NCBI GenBank assembly: GCA_903929535.1
Contig: CAIYVC010000080.1
Span: 4,999 to 68,998, forward strand
Direction: 5' to 3'
DNA from: an uncultured Caulobacteraceae bacterium
Lineage (GTDB): Bacteria; Pseudomonadota; Alphaproteobacteria; Caulobacterales; Caulobacteraceae
Length of the DNA stretch: 64,000 nucleotides
This document shows, one piece after another, positions 56,883 through 64,000 of this stretch. Below the pieces are notes generated by a model. It was not told the origin of the DNA. It saw only the letters and a list, made by a program, of their open reading frames with translations, and made no database searches. Numbering within the stretch: position 1 is the first letter of the stretch; each line of letters starts with the position of its first letter. Made by a program: the position numbers and the translations under genes.

Positions 56883-58076
56883 ATGAGCAAACCCCCGTCC
56901 GGCCGCAAGCCGCCCGCCAAACAGACCCGCCTGCTGCACGCCGGCGGCGCCGTGGGCGCCGAGGTCAAGACCGTCGCTCCGCCCCTGCAGCGCGGCTCCA
57001 CCGTGCTCGTGCCGGACGCCAAGGCCCTCTACGACACCTCAAAGCCCACCTACGGCCGTCTCGGCCTCTCCATGCAGACGGCCCTCGCCGAGGGCGTGGG
57101 CGAACTGGAAGGCTCGGGCCCCGCTCGCCTCTTCTCCTCGGGTCTGGCGGCGATCACCGGCGTCCTGCTGGCCCTGCTGAAGAGCGGCGACGAGGTTCTG
57201 GTCACTGACAGCGTCTATGGCCCCAGCCGGCGCTTTTGCGACAACCTCCTGAAGCGCTACGGCGTCACCACCCGCTACTTCGCGCCAGACGCCTCCGCCG
57301 ATGCCGTGATGGCCATGACGGGCCCCAGCACCCGGCTGATCCTGCTGGAATCCCCCGGCTCCCTGACCTTCGACATTCAGGACATCCCCGCCATCACGCA
57401 AGGAGCGCGGGCCAAGGGCATCCTGACCGTGATCGACAACACCTGGGGCGTGGGCCTGCTGCTGGAGCCCCTGGCGCTTGGCGTCGACGTCAGCGTTCAG
57501 GCCCTGACCAAATACGTCGGCGGCCATTCGGACGTCTTCATGGGCTCGGCCTGCGGCGACGACCCCAAGGTCATGGGCCGGATCGATGTCTTCCTGCGCG
57601 ACATGGGCATCGGAGTGTCCCCCGACGACGCCTATTTCCTGCTGCGCGGCCTGCGTACTCTGGAGGTCAGGCTGGCCCGCCACGGGCAGAGCGCGCTTCA
57701 GATCGCTCAGTGGCTGCAAGACCAGCCTGAGGTCCGTCAGGTCCTCTGTCCCGCCCTGCCCGGCGCCCCCGGCCACGACCTCTGGAAGCGCGACTTCAAG
57801 GGGCTCAACGGCCTGTTCGGCGTCGTCCTGCAGCCCGGATCGCCCGAAGCGGTGGAAGCCTTCATCGACACCCTGCCCCTGTTCGGACTGGGCTTTTCCT
57901 GGGGCGGATTCGAGAGCCTGGCCATCCACTGCGATCCGCAACTGGCCTACCGCACCCAGCCGCCCGCCTACGGCGGCCCCCTGGTTCGCCTGCACATCGG
58001 CCTTGAAGACCCTGCCGACCTGATCGCCGACCTCCGCGCCGCCTTGGACGCTTACGGGCTGGCCTGCCAGCCGTAG
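56883..58076 (+). CDS. metC: Cystathionine beta-lyase (Cys/Met metabolism PLP enzyme)
   Basis: Start at MSKPPSGRKP (56883). TRLLHAG..., and the PLP-lysine block QALTKYVGGHSD is typical of MetC-type enzymes. Confidence 0.88.
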   Translation: MSKPPSGRKPPAKQTRLLHAGGAVGAEVKTVAPPLQRGSTVLVPDAKALYDTSKPTYGRLGLSMQTALAEGVGELEGSGPARLFSSGLAAITGVLLALLKSGDEVLVTDSVYGPSRRFCDNLLKRYGVTTRYFAPDASADAVMAMTGPSTRLILLESPGSLTFDIQDIPAITQGARAKGILTVIDNTWGVGLLLEPLALGVDVSVQALTKYVGGHSDVFMGSACGDDPKVMGRIDVFLRDMGIGVSPDDAYFLLRGLRTLEVRLARHGQSALQIAQWLQDQPEVRQVLCPALPGAPGHDLWKRDFKGLNGLFGVVLQPGSPEAVEAFIDTLPLFGLGFSWGGFESLAIHCDPQLAYRTQPPAYGGPLVRLHIGLEDPADLIADLRAALDAYGLACQP

Positions 58077-58090
58077 CCTCTGGCGAAGGC

Positions 58091-58167
58091 TGGCGCGCCC
58101 TGCAGGACTCGAACCTGCAACCGCTCGCTTAGAAGGCGAGTGCTCTATCCGGTTGAGCTAAGGGCGC
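58091..58167 (-). tRNA. tRNA-Arg (anticodon TCT)
   Basis: The reverse complement folds as GCGCCCT-TA-GCTC..GAGC-A-CTCGC-CTTCTAA-GCGAG-...-GCAGG-TTCGAGT-CCTGC-AGGGCGC-G-CCA. Confidence 0.93.
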
Positions 58168-58196
58168 CGGTCCGCTGACGGACCGCAAGGTCCGAA

Positions 58197-58502
58197 CTAG
58201 TGCGTCCAGGGCTGTCTTCTGCCGGGCGCGAAATTGTCGGCGTAGGCTTTGATGATCTTCTTGCGTTCCTGCGGCTCGATCACCTGGAACGGGATTTCGT
58301 GCGCCTGGGCATAGGCCACCGCTTCATCGCGACTGCCGAAGGTCAGGCGGATCTGGCCGTTCATGTCGCTGGAGCTGGTCCAGCCCATCAGGGGGTCGAC
58401 CTTGCGCGCGCTGGCGGGCTCGAATTCCAGCACCCAGTCGAGCGTCTTGGCCAAGCCGGACTGCATGGCGGATTTGGCGGGGCGGAAGATGCGCGCGAGC
58501 AT
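58197..58502 (-). CDS. NDUFS4-like 'ETC complex I subunit conserved region' protein
   Basis: 101 aa: MLARIFRPAKSAMQSG...DPLMGWTSS.D...F...EAV.YA...I.F.V. This is a conserved alphaproteobacterial homolog of the mitochondrial 18-kDa complex I subunit. Confidence 0.85.
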   Translation of the reverse strand: MLARIFRPAKSAMQSGLAKTLDWVLEFEPASARKVDPLMGWTSSSDMNGQIRLTFGSRDEAVAYAQAHEIPFQVIEPQERKKIIKAYADNFAPGRRQPWTH

Positions 58503-58596
58503 GGTGGTCGACAGTCCCGATCAGCTTTGTGCGACCATCCCTACTTCGGTTTGGCCGTCCTGCAACTCGATTTTTCCAGGCGCTGTTTTGATCAAG

Positions 58597-58673
58597 TGGT
58601 CGGGGCGGCAGGATTTGAACCTGCGACCCTCTGCTCCCAAAGCAGATGCGCTACCAGGCTGCGCTACGCCCCG
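58597..58673 (-). tRNA. tRNA-Pro (anticodon TGG)
   Basis: The reverse complement folds as CGGGGCG-TA-GCGC..GCGC-A-TCTGC-TTTGGGA-GCAGA-GGGTC-GCAGG-TTCAAAT-CCTGC-CGCCCCG-A-CCA. Confidence 0.93.
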
Positions 58674-58753
58674 AAACTTGCCCAACACCTGGGAAGCGGG
58701 GTTCTTGCCACGCGGCGTCCGTAGCCGCAATGCAGGGCTTTGGGCTGGTCGGC

Positions 58754-59359
58754 CTAGTGCTCGGCCTCGATGTCGGCCACCACCAGCCCCTTGGGGCCTT
58801 CGGCGAACCGAACCATCACGTCCTCGCCCGGCTGCAGGTCTTCAAGGCCGCTGCGGCGCAGGGTTTCGATATGGATGAAGATGTCGCCCGGCTGGCCGTC
58901 GCGCACGACAAAGCCATAGCCCTTGGTGCGGTTGAACCACTTGACCTTGACCCGCTCCAGCGGGCCGTCCGCCGTCGCGGCGCGGCGCGGTGCACGGCTG
59001 AAGTCGTCCCGGTCGCGGAACGGGCGCGCGCCGCCCTGGCCAAAGCCATCGGTGCGGGCCGGACGCGGGGCCATCGGCGCGGCCGAGGACTCGTCCAGTT
59101 CCTGGATTTCGCAGACCTGCCAGCCCTTGGGCCGCTTGACGACTTCACAGACGATGATCGAGCCTTCCAGCGCGCTCTCGCGGCCCGCCTGGCGCAGGCT
59201 GGTCACGTGCAGCAGCACGTCCTTCAGGCCTGTCTGGGAAGGATCATCCGGGACGATAAAGCCGTAACCCTTGCCAGGGTCGAACCATTTCACCCGTCCG
59301 CTGATGCGCACGGATTCCTCGTGCGTATCGGCTCCGTCGTAGTCGTAGCTAGACAACAT
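58754..59359 (-). CDS. Cold-shock-domain protein with two tandem CSDs
   Basis: 201 aa with two CSD cores ([19 protein letters not shown] and [19 protein letters not shown]) joined by a Gly/Arg/Pro-rich linker. This architecture is known from the stationary-phase Csps of Caulobacter. Confidence 0.9.
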   Translation of the reverse strand: MLSSYDYDGADTHEESVRISGRVKWFDPGKGYGFIVPDDPSQTGLKDVLLHVTSLRQAGRESALEGSIIVCEVVKRPKGWQVCEIQELDESSAAPMAPRPARTDGFGQGGARPFRDRDDFSRAPRRAATADGPLERVKVKWFNRTKGYGFVVRDGQPGDIFIHIETLRRSGLEDLQPGEDVMVRFAEGPKGLVVADIEAEH

Positions 59360-59410
59360 CCCGCCCCTCTCGGCCCCTCCTTATCCGTGGAAGAGCCCGT
59401 AATCATAACA

Positions 59411-59428
59411 CTGTTCTTCGAAGAACAG
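59411..59428. promoter_or_regulatory. Perfect 18-bp palindrome in the leader/promoter region of the cold-shock-domain gene
   Basis: CTGTTCTTCGAAGAACAG lies 52-69 nt upstream of the start codon (59359), inside an unusually AT-rich 240-bp intergenic region. Confidence 0.3.
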
Positions 59429-59599
59429 CGAACGTCAATACGCTCCCGTCAAACAGATGATTCACCGCTGAGTTGAGCGAGCAAATCACTTACTTGACGT
59501 GGCAAGACCAGACGGGGGGATTGTCCTGCGTATACAGACGATGCCAGTCCTGAGGGACCTTAGCAAGTTCGTATACCAATGTGCGCTGGAAGGCCGCGA

Positions 59600-59674
59600 T
59601 GGTAGTCCCTAGGGGAGTCGAACCCCTCTTCCTAGATTGAAAATCTAGTGTCCTAACCGATAGACGAAGGGACC
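59600..59674 (-). tRNA. tRNA-Glu (anticodon TTC)
   Basis: The reverse complement folds as GGTCCCT-TC-GTCT..AGGAC-A-CTAGA-TTTTCAA-TCTAG-...-AGGGG-TTCGACT-CCCCT-AGGGACT-A-CCA (G1-U72 wobble). Confidence 0.9.
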
Positions 59675-59748
59675 ACTGTCGCGGGAAGGGCGATATATCC
59701 GCCTTCCCTATGGGGTGCAAGCCCAGCGGGGCCAGCAAATCGGCGGTT

Positions 59749-61572
59749 TTAGCCCTGGCCGTTGCGGCGCGGGTCGGCGGCGTCCTCGATCTCCAGCTGA
59801 ACGCCCTCGCGGCCGTTCCAGTCGTCGGCCTTCAGCCGCCCCGCCACATGCAGGCCGCCGCCCCCGGCCAGCAGCGCGCGGCCAAGCTCGGTGTCTTCGG
59901 CGCGCCAGGCGATCGCCTTCAGCTTGCCGCCGGCGCCGTCGGTCAGGGTGCAGCGGACGTGCCCGCCCCGCATCGCCTGAGCGTATTGCACCATCACGTC
60001 GGCGGCGGCGAACATCGGCTCCGGGTTGCCGGGGCCGAACGGCGTCAGGCGCTGGAAGTCCTGAAACAGGGCCCGGTCCGCGCCGCGCGGGCTGATCAGG
60101 GCGTCGATCTCCACCACATCGAGCTCCGTCGCCGCCGCGCTCTCGACCGTCAGCCGCTCGCCCAGGAAGTCGCGGAACGCCTCGATGCCCTCGGCGCGCA
60201 CCGTCAGTCCCGCGGCCATGGCGTGGCCGCCGCCGGCCAGCAGCAGGCCCTCCTCGAAGGCGGCCTGGATCGCGCGGCCCAGGTTCACCCCTGGCTGCGA
60301 GCGGCCTGAGCCCTTGCCGATGGCGTTCACCGGATCGACCCCGATCACCACCACGGGTTTGCGGTAGCGCTCGCGCAGCCGCCCGGCGACGATGCCCACC
60401 ACCCCCGGATGCCAGCCGTCGCCGGCAATCACGATGGCGGACGCCTCCGAAGGCCGGGCCTCCCCGGCTTCCACCGAGGCGATGGCCTGCTCGGTCACCT
60501 CCCGCTCCACGTCCTTGCGCGAGATATTGAGCGCGTCCAGTTCCTCGGCCAGGGCCAGGGCTTCGTCCGGATCGTCGGTCGACAGCAGCCGCGCGCCGAG
60601 GTCAGCCCGCCCGATCCGCCCGCCGGCGTTGATGCGCGGCCCCAGGATGAAACCGGCGTGGAAGACGCCCGCCGGCCCCTCCGCCTTAGCCACCTGCATC
60701 AGGGCCTTCAGCCCCGGATTGGCCCAGTTGGACATCATCTTCAGCCCCTGGGTGGCCAGGGCGCGGTTGAAACCCGTCAGCGGGGTGACGTCGCAGATGG
60801 CGCCCATGGCGGCCAGATCGAGCCACTGGCGCAGGTCCGGCTCGCTGCGCCCCTCGAACAGCCCCCGGCGGCGCGCCTCACGGTTCAGCGCGGCCAGCAG
60901 CACGAAGGCGACCCCGGCGGCGGCCAGGTTGCCCTGCCCCGAATTACAGCCGGGCCGGTTGGGGTTGACCACGGCGGCGGCGGCCGGCGGGTCCTCGCGC
61001 ATCAGGTGGTGGTCGATCACCACCACCTCCAGCCCGATCTCGGTCGCCGCGGCGATGGCGTCATAGGCGGCGGCCCCGCAGTCCACCGTCACCACCAGCT
61101 CGGCGCCCTGCTCGCGCAGGCGGCGGAAGGCGGCCGGGCTCGGCCCATAGCCCTCCAGGATGCGGTCGGGGACATAGATCGGCAGGGTCCGGCCCATGCT
61201 GCGGAACCAGCGCACCAGCAGCGCCGCGCTGGAGGCGCCGTCCACGTCATAGTCCGCGAACACCGCCATCGGCCGGTCGCGCATCACCGCGTCGATCAGG
61301 ATTTCGGCGGCCCGGTCCATGTCGAGGAAGGACGACGGGTCGGGAAACAGGGCCTTCAGGGTCGGATTCAGGTAGTCGGCGGCCTGATCCTCGCCGACGC
61401 CGCGCGCCGCCAGGGCTCGCGCCAGAGGTTCGGAAAGCCCATGCTTCATGGCGTGCGAGCGGGTCAGGGCCGGATCGGCGGGCCGTTCACGCCAGGCGCG
61501 CCCGCTCAAGGAGCGGCCCACCCCGAGAAACCCGGAGGTTGTCAGGCCCGCCGAGGCGGCCCCGTCAGCCAT
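59749..61572 (-). CDS. recJ: Single-stranded-DNA-specific exonuclease RecJ
   Basis: 607 aa with DHH motifs (FADYDVDGASS, DCGAAA, VIDHH) and a DHHA1 motif (GGGHAMAAG). Confidence 0.95.
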   Translation of the reverse strand: MADGAASAGLTTSGFLGVGRSLSGRAWRERPADPALTRSHAMKHGLSEPLARALAARGVGEDQAADYLNPTLKALFPDPSSFLDMDRAAEILIDAVMRDRPMAVFADYDVDGASSAALLVRWFRSMGRTLPIYVPDRILEGYGPSPAAFRRLREQGAELVVTVDCGAAAYDAIAAATEIGLEVVVIDHHLMREDPPAAAAVVNPNRPGCNSGQGNLAAAGVAFVLLAALNREARRRGLFEGRSEPDLRQWLDLAAMGAICDVTPLTGFNRALATQGLKMMSNWANPGLKALMQVAKAEGPAGVFHAGFILGPRINAGGRIGRADLGARLLSTDDPDEALALAEELDALNISRKDVEREVTEQAIASVEAGEARPSEASAIVIAGDGWHPGVVGIVAGRLRERYRKPVVVIGVDPVNAIGKGSGRSQPGVNLGRAIQAAFEEGLLLAGGGHAMAAGLTVRAEGIEAFRDFLGERLTVESAAATELDVVEIDALISPRGADRALFQDFQRLTPFGPGNPEPMFAAADVMVQYAQAMRGGHVRCTLTDGAGGKLKAIAWRAEDTELGRALLAGGGGLHVAGRLKADDWNGREGVQLEIEDAADPRRNGQG

Positions 61573-61573
61573 G

Positions 61574-62527
61574 TCAGATAGGACGCTGCATGCGCACTTC
61601 GTTGACCGTGCGGCTGACCGAATCCATCACCAGGGTGTGGGTGCGCACATAGCCGCCGCCGATCTTCACCCCGTCCAGCAGCATGCCCTTGGTCACGCCG
61701 GTGGCGCAGAAGATGGCTTCGGCCTGGACGATTTCGTGCAGGTCGTACTTGCGGTCCAGGTCCTTGATGCCCCAGCGCGCGGCGCGGGCGCGCTCGTCGG
61801 CGTTGCGGAACACCAGCCGGCCCTCGAACTGGCCGCCGACGCATTTCAGCGCGGCGCAGGCCAGCACCCCTTCAGGCGCCCCGCCCTGCCCCACATAGAA
61901 GTCGATGCCGGTGTCGGGATTGGTGGTGTTGATGACCCCGGCCACGTCGCCGTCGGTGATCAAGTGCACCCGCACGCCCACGGCGCGCAGGGAGGCGATG
62001 ATCTCGGCATGGCGCGGGCGGTCCATGACGCAGGCGGTGATCTCGTTGACCGGCACGCCCTTGGCCTTGGCGATAGCCCGCGCATTGTCGGCGGCGCTCT
62101 TGTCCAGGTCGATGACGCCCTTGGGATAGCCCGGCCCCACGGCGATCTTGTCCATATAGGTGTCGGGCGCGTTCAGCAGGGTGCCCTTGGGGGCCCAGGC
62201 CATCACCGCCAGGGCGTTGTCCATCGCCTTGGCCGTCAGGGTGGTGCCTTCCAGCGGGTCCACCGCGATGTCGATGGCGGGGCCGTTGCCCTTACCCAGC
62301 TGCTCGCCGATGAACAGCATCGGCGCCTCGTCGCGCTCGCCTTCGCCGATGACGATGCGGCCGTCGATGTTCAGTTCGTTGAGCGCCTTGCGCATGGCTT
62401 CCACCGCCGCGCGATCGGCTTCCTTCTCGTCGCCCCGGCCAACCATGCCCCAGGACGCGATGGCGGCTTCCTCGGTGACGTGGACCGCATCCAGAACCAG
62501 GGTGCGGTCAAACTTCGTCGAACTCAT
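61574..62527 (-). CDS. glpX: Class II fructose-1,6-bisphosphatase
   Basis: 317 aa with GEGERDEAPML, DPLEGTT and GGAPEGV motifs. Confidence 0.95.
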   Translation of the reverse strand: MSSTKFDRTLVLDAVHVTEEAAIASWGMVGRGDEKEADRAAVEAMRKALNELNIDGRIVIGEGERDEAPMLFIGEQLGKGNGPAIDIAVDPLEGTTLTAKAMDNALAVMAWAPKGTLLNAPDTYMDKIAVGPGYPKGVIDLDKSAADNARAIAKAKGVPVNEITACVMDRPRHAEIIASLRAVGVRVHLITDGDVAGVINTTNPDTGIDFYVGQGGAPEGVLACAALKCVGGQFEGRLVFRNADERARAARWGIKDLDRKYDLHEIVQAEAIFCATGVTKGMLLDGVKIGGGYVRTHTLVMDSVSRTVNEVRMQRPI

Positions 62528-62567
62528 CGGTCTCTCCAGGTCGAGGGCTTTTATTGTTGTTGGATTC

Positions 62568-63857
62568 TCAGACGCGCGCGATCCGTATCATACGCGGCGG
62601 CTGCAGCACCTGCGGCAGAGCGCCGATACGTTCGATGGCCCGCAGCAGCACCGGTTCAGGCGTGGCGTGGGTGGTCAGGACTATGGGTACGCCGCCTGCG
62701 TCGTGCACCGGCTTCTGCAGGAAGCTGTCGATGGAGACATTCTCTTCAGCCAGGGTTTCCGACACCGCCGCGATCACGCCCGGCTCGTCACGCACCAGCA
62801 GGCGCACATAGGCCCGCGGCAGGCGCTGGGAGCCCTCCACGCCGCGCGCCGTCTTGAGCTCGGAGGCAGGCTTCTGGAACACCGGACGCACCGCGCCGGC
62901 CATCACATCGGAGATGTCGGCGGCGACCGCCGCGGCGGTCGGACCCGAGCCCGCGCCGGGGCCCTGCACGAAGATGCGACCGATCCTCTTGCCCTCGATG
63001 AACAGGGCGTTGAGCGCACCGCCGGCCTGGGCCAGCGGATGCTCCAGCGGCGCCAGGGCCGGGTGCACCCGCACCGAAACTCCGCCGTCGATCCGCTCGG
63101 CGGAGGCCACCAGCTTGATCCGGTAGCCAAGGTCGTGCGCCAGGCGGATGTCCTGCAGCTCGATCTGATCCAACCCCTCGATCTCGGCGTCCGCGTAGTT
63201 GGGGGCGCAGCCGAAGGCCAGGGCGGCCAGGATGGTGATCTTGTGCGCGGCGTCGAAGCCGCCGATGTCCGTGGTCGGGTCCGCCTCGGCGTAGCCCAGC
63301 CGCTGGGCCTCGGCCAGCACGTCGGCGAACGAGCGGCCCGAAGCCTCCATCTCGGTCAGGATGTAGTTGCAGGTGCCGTTGAGGATGCCCGCGACACTGA
63401 TCAGGTCCTCCCCGACCAGGGCCTCACGCAGCATCTTCACCGCCGGAGTCCCGCCCATAACCGCCGCCTCGAACAGCAGCGGGACGCCCTGCGCCTCCGC
63501 CAGCGCCGCAAGGGCCTGGCCGTGCACCGCGATCAGAGCCTTGTTGGCGGTGACCACGGGCTTGCCGTGCTTCAGGGCGGTTTCCACCGCCGCCTTGGCC
63601 GTACCGTCCGAGCCGCCGATAAGCTCGACGAAGATGTCGATGTCGGGCGAAGCCGCCAGGGCTACCGCGTCGTCGAACCAGGCGTAGCCGGAGATGTCGA
63701 AGTCGCGCTTACGCGAGCGCGCCGACACCGCCACGATCTCGGCCCGTCCGCCTGCAGGCGCATAGAGCGGCGCCTCGGCCAGGAACTTGACCAGGCCCCC
63801 GCCGACATTGCCCAGCCCCGCGACGCCGATGCGCCAGGTCTTGCTGATGGGGCTCAC
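62568..63857 (-). CDS. hom: Homoserine dehydrogenase
   Basis: 429 aa with an NAD-binding N-terminus ([12 protein letters not shown]), a catalytic domain ([28 protein letters not shown]) and a C-terminal ACT domain. The GTG start overlaps the upstream stop (GTGA). Confidence 0.95.
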   Translation of the reverse strand: MSPISKTWRIGVAGLGNVGGGLVKFLAEAPLYAPAGGRAEIVAVSARSRKRDFDISGYAWFDDAVALAASPDIDIFVELIGGSDGTAKAAVETALKHGKPVVTANKALIAVHGQALAALAEAQGVPLLFEAAVMGGTPAVKMLREALVGEDLISVAGILNGTCNYILTEMEASGRSFADVLAEAQRLGYAEADPTTDIGGFDAAHKITILAALAFGCAPNYADAEIEGLDQIELQDIRLAHDLGYRIKLVASAERIDGGVSVRVHPALAPLEHPLAQAGGALNALFIEGKRIGRIFVQGPGAGSGPTAAAVAADISDVMAGAVRPVFQKPASELKTARGVEGSQRLPRAYVRLLVRDEPGVIAAVSETLAEENVSIDSFLQKPVHDAGGVPIVLTTHATPEPVLLRAIERIGALPQVLQPPRMIRIARV

Positions 63858-64000
63858 AGCGCGGGCGCCTTGTTATGGGCGCGCGCCAGGATCTCGTCGG
63901 CGTTGCCCAGGAACTTGCGCACGTTGCGCGCCGCCTGACGGATGCGGTGCTCATTCTCGACGAGGCCCACGCGGACATAGCCCTCGCCATGCTCGCCGAA
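63854..64000 (-). CDS. Partial CDS (C-terminal 48 aa): class I/II PLP aminotransferase (LL-diaminopimelate-aminotransferase-like)
   Basis: My translation of the minus strand gives [48 protein letters not shown]. The FG..GEGY.R..LVEN..R block is a typical C-terminus of this aminotransferase family, and it is commonly encoded upstream of hom. Confidence 0.7.
   Translation of the reverse strand, partial: FGEHGEGYVRVGLVENEHRIRQAARNVRKFLGNADEILARAHNKAPAL

Overview
This is a high-GC segment (about 67-70% in the stretches I hand-counted) of an alphaproteobacterial chromosome. Gene content and synteny look like Caulobacterales, but that is an inference because no database search was possible. The window is densely packed with about 60 protein genes and 4 tRNAs, and most of it is ordinary core genome.

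Main gene groups, in order:
- lipA, ispDF.
- dusB-ntrB-ntrC-ntrY-ntrX-dat-hfq-hflX, then mazG.
- An MFS transporter divergent from a TonB-dependent receptor.
- rlpA, then tmk-holB-tatD-MBL hydrolase.
- tRNA-Ser, queH.
- A TusA-like protein, a PopA-like REC-REC-GGDEF protein, and two tandem MipA/OmpV genes.
- mfd, sdhE, recG.
- A KdpD/KdpE-like two-component pair, a cyclophilin, and a cytochrome c' plus diheme cytochrome c pair.
- hldD-hldE-kdsA.
- A sulfur amino-acid cluster (cysK-like, sseA, metC).
- tRNA-Arg, tRNA-Pro and tRNA-Glu interleaved with an NDUFS4-like gene and a two-domain cold-shock gene.
- recJ, glpX, hom.

I found no CRISPR array, IS element, transposase, integrase, prophage or recognisable defence island.

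Loci that depart from the ordinary:
1. A roughly 53% GC GIY-YIG mini-cassette bracketed by 39-bp hairpin-forming direct repeats, directly 3' of tRNA-Ser. It opens a lower-GC stretch of about 2 kb.
2. A roughly 3.2 kb chimeric locus. The first 86 codons of a Ku (NHEJ) gene are fused in frame to two tandem TPR + glycosyltransferase-family-9-like modules, and a 1-nt frameshift interrupts the reading frame.
3. A KdpD-like kinase split by an in-frame TAA, followed in the same frame by a KdpE-like regulator that has no canonical start codon.

All coordinates and motif calls were derived by hand from the sequence and the ORF track. Product names rest on my recognition of conserved motifs.
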